Under the pieces are notes generated by a model. That model saw only the letters and a list, made by a program, of their open reading frames with translations, made no database searches and had not been told where the DNA came from. The position numbers and the translations under genes were made by a program. A DNA stretch of 20,000 nucleotides from an uncultured virus (IMG/VR IMGVR_UViG_3300006802_013268) (Duplodnaviria > Heunggongvirae > Uroviricota > Caudoviricetes): the IMG/VR virus record IMGVR_UViG_3300006802_013268; one strand, given 5' to 3'. This document shows positions 16,800 to 20,000 of the stretch, piece after piece (position 1 is the stretch's first letter; each line of letters opens with the position of its first letter).

Positions 16800-17224
16800 T
16801 TATGGTGTTGCCAAAGTTTGTCGGAACCGCCTAGATGACCCCAATCAGAATCAGCAGTCATTTTACTACTTATACCGCCTCTTGGCATAAACTCAATCTC
16901 TATACGTAATCTTTCTGGTGTGTACATCGCATAAATTTGTTGATACATTACATCAATGCATCGTTCATAACTTACAATGATGTCGCGATACTGATAAATG
17001 TATTCTTTGAGCGATTTGAGTTCAATGGTTTTTTTGTCACCATAAAACCAAATTGTGATTTTACCAAAATCAGGTTGACCTTTGACTCCTAGGAAGGTAA
17101 ATTCTGGAATATAAATTTTTTGTTCATATCCCTTATTTGGATTCGGAAGTGCTTTGAGCAATGAACCTGTAATTTGATCCCAAAGTTTATTCTGTGGTTT
17201 GTTTGAGTTCGATTCTGTTTTCAT
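16796..17224 (-). CDS. queF: QueF-like T-fold protein (preQ0 reductase homologue) lacking the catalytic Cys
   Basis: PEFT, GQPDFG, the QueF motif ELKSLKEY, and SYE and PRGGI align with unimodular QueF. FTFLGVKG replaces FTSLCPxTG. Confidence 0.8.
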   Translation of the reverse strand: MKTESNSNKPQNKLWDQITGSLLKALPNPNKGYEQKIYIPEFTFLGVKGQPDFGKITIWFYGDKKTIELKSLKEYIYQYRDIIVSYERCIDVMYQQIYAMYTPERLRIEIEFMPRGGISSKMTADSDWGHLGGSDKLWQHHK

Positions 17225-17597
17225 GTTTCATCCTATAATCATTAATTGCTGCTTTTATCGCATCTTCTGCAAGTACACTACAGTGGATTTTGACTGGGGG
17301 GAGGCAGAGTTCTTCTGCGATGTCGGTGTTTCTAATATTTGCAGCTTCATCAAGACTGCGACCTTTAACCCATTCGGTAAGGAGGGAGGAAGAAGCGATA
17401 GCACTTCCGCATCCATAGGTTTTAAACCTAGCATCTTCGATAATTCCATTCTCATTCACCTTTATTTGTAATTGCATAACATCGCCACACGCAGGGGCAC
17501 CGACCATGCCAGTGCCCACATCTTCTGCGTCTTTATCTAGTTTGCCCACATTGCGTGGGTTGTTGTAATGGTCTAAGACCTGTTCACTATATGCCAT
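17187..17597 (-). CDS. iscU: Fe-S cluster scaffold protein IscU
   Basis: MAYSEQVLDHYNNPRNVG, GAPACGDVM, FKTYGCGSAIASSS and LPPVKIHCS (three Cys plus the LPPVK HscA-binding motif). Confidence 0.98.
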   Translation of the reverse strand: MAYSEQVLDHYNNPRNVGKLDKDAEDVGTGMVGAPACGDVMQLQIKVNENGIIEDARFKTYGCGSAIASSSLLTEWVKGRSLDEAANIRNTDIAEELCLPPVKIHCSVLAEDAIKAAINDYRMKHENRIELKQTTE

Positions 17598-17599
17598 TT

Positions 17600-18130
17600 T
17601 TATTCTTTAACATATAACTCTGCGCGGCGACCAAACCTGTCCCATTCTGTTTCTTTAATAAATTTCAAGTTGTGTTTATCTTTGATCCTCATAATCTCGT
17701 TTTTAAGATATTTTTTATGACAATCATCAAACATTATATATCCATCTTTTTCCAATCGAGTGAGTACATAATCCATATTGCGAATTCTCGTCGTAGTTTC
17801 ATACATATCATAAAATATGAAATCATATTTCACATCCATATTAAACCAATCGTCTACGAGAATAAATTCTTGTTTGGCATTTGTTAATTTATGTTTGACA
17901 ATAAATTGTTTAGATTTATCTAACCATTCAAATTTATCATCTACTGAGTGGATAAACTCAACATTAATCGCATGAGCAATTGCTGCAGAACTGATACCGC
18001 TTCCTAAATCAGCAATTTTTCTTGCCAACCTAATGTTTACTTCATTCAAGAAAGAACAAATTACAGGATAACTTGCTGCAGTTGCTTCTATGGATACAGT
18101 AGAAATATATTCATTATATAATTGTTTCAA
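17600..18130 (-). CDS. class I SAM-dependent methyltransferase-like
   Basis: IADLGSGISS, SVDD...W, YDFIFYD and GYIMFDD motifs; TTG start. Confidence 0.75.
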   Translation of the reverse strand: MKQLYNEYISTVSIEATAASYPVICSFLNEVNIRLARKIADLGSGISSAAIAHAINVEFIHSVDDKFEWLDKSKQFIVKHKLTNAKQEFILVDDWFNMDVKYDFIFYDMYETTTRIRNMDYVLTRLEKDGYIMFDDCHKKYLKNEIMRIKDKHNLKFIKETEWDRFGRRAELYVKE

Positions 18131-18131
18131 T

Positions 18132-18296
18132 TTAATCTTCTGTCTTTAATGCTGTCCAAATACCATAAGCAAGTCCTGCCCATGCAAGCATCTTAGCAAT
18201 ACCGCCAAACAAGATTACTGCACCGCAAACAGCAATTAACATCGTACCATCAAGCGTAGTGCGTTCCCCTACAATTTTCCAAAGATAATCTTTCAT
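18132..18296 (-). CDS. small two-helix membrane protein (54 aa), holin-like
   Basis: Hand-translated MKDYLWKIVGERTTLDGTMLIAVCGAVILFGGIAKMLAWAGLAYGIWTALKTED; AAGGAG ribosome-binding site. Confidence 0.8.
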   Translation of the reverse strand: MKDYLWKIVGERTTLDGTMLIAVCGAVILFGGIAKMLAWAGLAYGIWTALKTED

Positions 18297-18298
18297 GT

Positions 18299-19066
18299 TT
18301 ACTCCTTGTTCCAGTTTTCTAAGTGTTTGATATACTCAACCATGCTATGATCACCGAAACTATCAATCTTGCCTTGTTTCAGTCCCATCCAGATGCCACG
18401 CAGTTTGTCTTTGACCAACTGCCATCCGGATAGATCTCGTACCTGTCCATATGCATTTATATAGTGACTATGTCCGTGATGCTTAAAACCTAAAAATGCT
18501 GGGGGAACAGTTGTTACGATATCGTTATTGTTTCTCCAACGATGATGCATAACAGGAAGACTCTGACAATATTTGTGCCAACCTACACGAGGAGAACCAT
18601 AGGTGTATAGTTCTTCGACTTTAATGTTGGGAATCGAATCGTCAAGAGTGCAACGTGCTGCTACGATGGTTGCCATTGCAGCACCAAGACTATGACCACA
18701 TACCCAGACTTTACGATCCCCTACCACCGCAGGATCAATGTCTTCTCGTATCATTGGCCAAAGTTCGTCAACCTCACCCTTGAATCCTTTGTGGACTCGA
18801 CTAACAGTCTCAGACAAAACTGGGAGTGCTCTGAGATCTGCTTTGATATCGTTGAACTCTGTGGGTTGCGTACCGCGACAAGCAATTACCATGTTATGTT
18901 TGTTTTGGAAACGATATGCTTGTGCGCCATCTCGATTGTAGAATTCTACTTCAGTGAATCCTAGTTCTTTGACCTGCTCTTTTGCTACTTCTTCATCTTC
19001 ATATGCAATGCTCGCCAATTTAGCAAAAAGAAGAGATCGTTGTTTAAATGTCATTTCTGAAATCAT
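18299..19066 (-). CDS. lipase class 3 (alpha/beta hydrolase)
   Basis: IACRGT, VHKGF, GHSLG nucleophile elbow, TYGSPRVG, NDIVTTVP and DHSM (Ser-Asp-His triad). No signal peptide. Confidence 0.93.
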   Translation of the reverse strand: MISEMTFKQRSLLFAKLASIAYEDEEVAKEQVKELGFTEVEFYNRDGAQAYRFQNKHNMVIACRGTQPTEFNDIKADLRALPVLSETVSRVHKGFKGEVDELWPMIREDIDPAVVGDRKVWVCGHSLGAAMATIVAARCTLDDSIPNIKVEELYTYGSPRVGWHKYCQSLPVMHHRWRNNNDIVTTVPPAFLGFKHHGHSHYINAYGQVRDLSGWQLVKDKLRGIWMGLKQGKIDSFGDHSMVEYIKHLENWNKE

Positions 19067-19341
19067 AACTTCTCCTCAAGTTGTTGAATACGTGCTTCGA
19101 GTTCATCGATCTTTTTAGTGACCTTGGGGTACTTCTTACGCCATGCCATAGTATCATCCTGCAACCATTCCCACCCGAATTTGTCAACGAGTGAGTCAAG
19201 GAACAGATCGAATTTGGCATAGCACCAGAGTGCCATATGAGTGTCTTTGAACCACGCTAAAAACGCAGCACCAAGAATAGATCCGGCAATAGCAGTGTAG
19301 ATCCACAGCGTATCGCCGAACATAGCAGTTAATGTTTCCAT
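19063..19341 (-). CDS. single-pass membrane protein with charged coiled-coil C-terminus
   Basis: LWIYTAIAGSILGAAFLAWF TM helix and WRKKYP..KKIDELEARI tail; GGGAG ribosome-binding site. Confidence 0.85.
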   Translation of the reverse strand: METLTAMFGDTLWIYTAIAGSILGAAFLAWFKDTHMALWCYAKFDLFLDSLVDKFGWEWLQDDTMAWRKKYPKVTKKIDELEARIQQLEEKL

Positions 19342-19343
19342 GT

Positions 19344-19372
19344 AATACTCCCAGATGAATTCTAGGAGTATT
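19344..19372 (-). promoter_or_regulatory. RBS-occluding RNA hairpin overlapping the late promoter
   Basis: AAUACUCCUAGA-AUUCA-UCUGGGAGUAUU forms 12 bp with one G-U pair; the right arm contains the SD of the 19341 gene. Confidence 0.85.
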
Positions 19373-19376
19373 TATA
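19369..19376 (-). promoter_or_regulatory. T4 gp55-type late promoter TATAAATA
   Basis: Exact consensus, intergenic, 27 nt upstream of ATG 19341. Confidence 0.85.
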
Positions 19377-19712
19377 TCACCAAGTATATCGAATCTCAGT
19401 TTCGAGTTTGGTCTTGGACTGCAACCCTCGTTCACGTTTGCCTTCGAGTTTGCCTTTGATGACAAGGGTGTCTGACAAACGAGTTTTGTATCCTGCTTCC
19501 CAAGATGACCCACCCGTCATGTGACCTGCTTCGAAGTATACGTTACCAAGAACATTCTTCTTCTCGTATCCAAAACGAGTATGGTTTGTTTGGTCTTTAA
19601 TTGAGAAGTCTTTGTATTCAACTTCTGATTTGATTTCTACGTATGGTCCTGCTTCCGCTTTACACATAGCAAGCAAACAAAGTATTCCTATGACTAGAAT
19701 TAAGTACCGCAT
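19377..19712 (-). CDS. small secreted outer-membrane beta-strand (porin-like) protein
   Basis: Sec signal ending AEA-G, alternating amphipathic strands, and a BAM-type C-terminal signal (EIRYTW); GGGAG ribosome-binding site. Confidence 0.75.
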   Translation of the reverse strand: MRYLILVIGILCLLAMCKAEAGPYVEIKSEVEYKDFSIKDQTNHTRFGYEKKNVLGNVYFEAGHMTGGSSWEAGYKTRLSDTLVIKGKLEGKRERGLQSKTKLETEIRYTW

Positions 19713-19792
19713 AATTGTCTCCCGACATTTAAACTAATACTTATATTAAGATCTTTAAAATCTCTTAATATACGATTAAGATCCAGTTAAGG

Positions 19793-19805
19793 AATGATTA
19801 TCATT
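19793..19805. promoter_or_regulatory. Fur-box-like palindrome
   Basis: Minus strand AATGATAATCATT equals the central 13 nt of the 19-nt Fur consensus; the flanks do not match. Confidence 0.45.
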
Positions 19806-19809
19806 TAAT

Positions 19810-19836
19810 AAAAAAAGGGGTGCCGAAGCACCCCTT
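19810..19836 (-). terminator. Rho-independent terminator with UUCG tetraloop
   Basis: Minus strand reads AAGGGGTGC-TTCG-GCACCCCTT-TTTTT. Confidence 0.92.
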
Positions 19837-19840
19837 CCGG

Positions 19841-19987
19841 TCACAAAAATAATATGCAACCTAATGCGAACCCAAGGTTCAGACCAATCGAGCAATAAAG
19901 AGCCATTTCCTTTTTATAGTTAATGGGTACAAACTCCATAATTCTGTATGTTGTTTCTACTTTCTTTTCTTCCTCTTTCTGTGTCAT
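19841..19987 (-). CDS. small protein with C-terminal TM helix; may extend beyond the window edge
   Basis: Hand-translated MTQKEEEKKVETTYRIMEFVPINYKKEMALYCSIGLNLGFALGCILFL. The frame is open to position 20000 and the stop is followed by the terminator. Confidence 0.65.
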   Translation of the reverse strand: MTQKEEEKKVETTYRIMEFVPINYKKEMALYCSIGLNLGFALGCILFL

Positions 19988-20000
19988 CCCCTGTTGTTCT

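Noticed and set aside
8..18964. All plus-strand ORFs in the track
   Set aside because: They lie antisense to well-supported minus-strand genes, lack motifs, and look like shadow ORFs.
19196..19513. 105-aa alternative minus-strand ORF (likewise 5717-5968, 8026-8241 and 17255-17455)
   Set aside because: Out-of-frame overlaps with confident genes, with no recognisable motif or signal.
1..20000. tRNA genes, CRISPR arrays, IS elements, stop-codon recoding
   Set aside because: No cloverleaf, spaced repeats or transposase were seen. Genes are full length under the standard code, and intergenic gaps are explained by small ORFs.

Overview
This is a 20 kb segment of a large T4-like (myovirus-type) bacteriophage genome, probably marine and infecting a diderm proteobacterium. 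The host inference rests on a proteobacterial-type IscU, spanins and a Fur-like box. All credible genes are on the minus strand, tightly packed with ATGA/TAATG overlaps; the plus-strand ORFs are shadows. In transcription order (20000 to 1) the window carries: a small beta-barrel outer-membrane protein; a late-promoter unit (membrane protein, class 3 lipase, two-helix membrane protein) whose first ribosome-binding site sits in a 12-bp hairpin; a methyltransferase; iscU; a QueF homologue lacking the catalytic cysteine; conserved T4-like ORFs; an i-spanin followed by two lipoprotein candidates; a class II (B12) ribonucleotide reductase with a near-consensus sigma70 promoter; a GIY-YIG EndoII-like nuclease; a GT2 glycosyltransferase; phoH; a methyltransferase; a CxxCxxCC protein; a T4-type lysozyme; and a 7.5 kb glycan synthesis/tailoring island (GT9-like, radical SAM, sulfotransferase, GT25 plus a degenerate paralogue, GT8-like, methyltransferase, NDP-sugar epimerase, NDP-sugar C-methyltransferase). 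The C-methyltransferase and eight short ORFs were missing from the ORF track and were translated by hand. All family calls come from motif recognition, not database searches.
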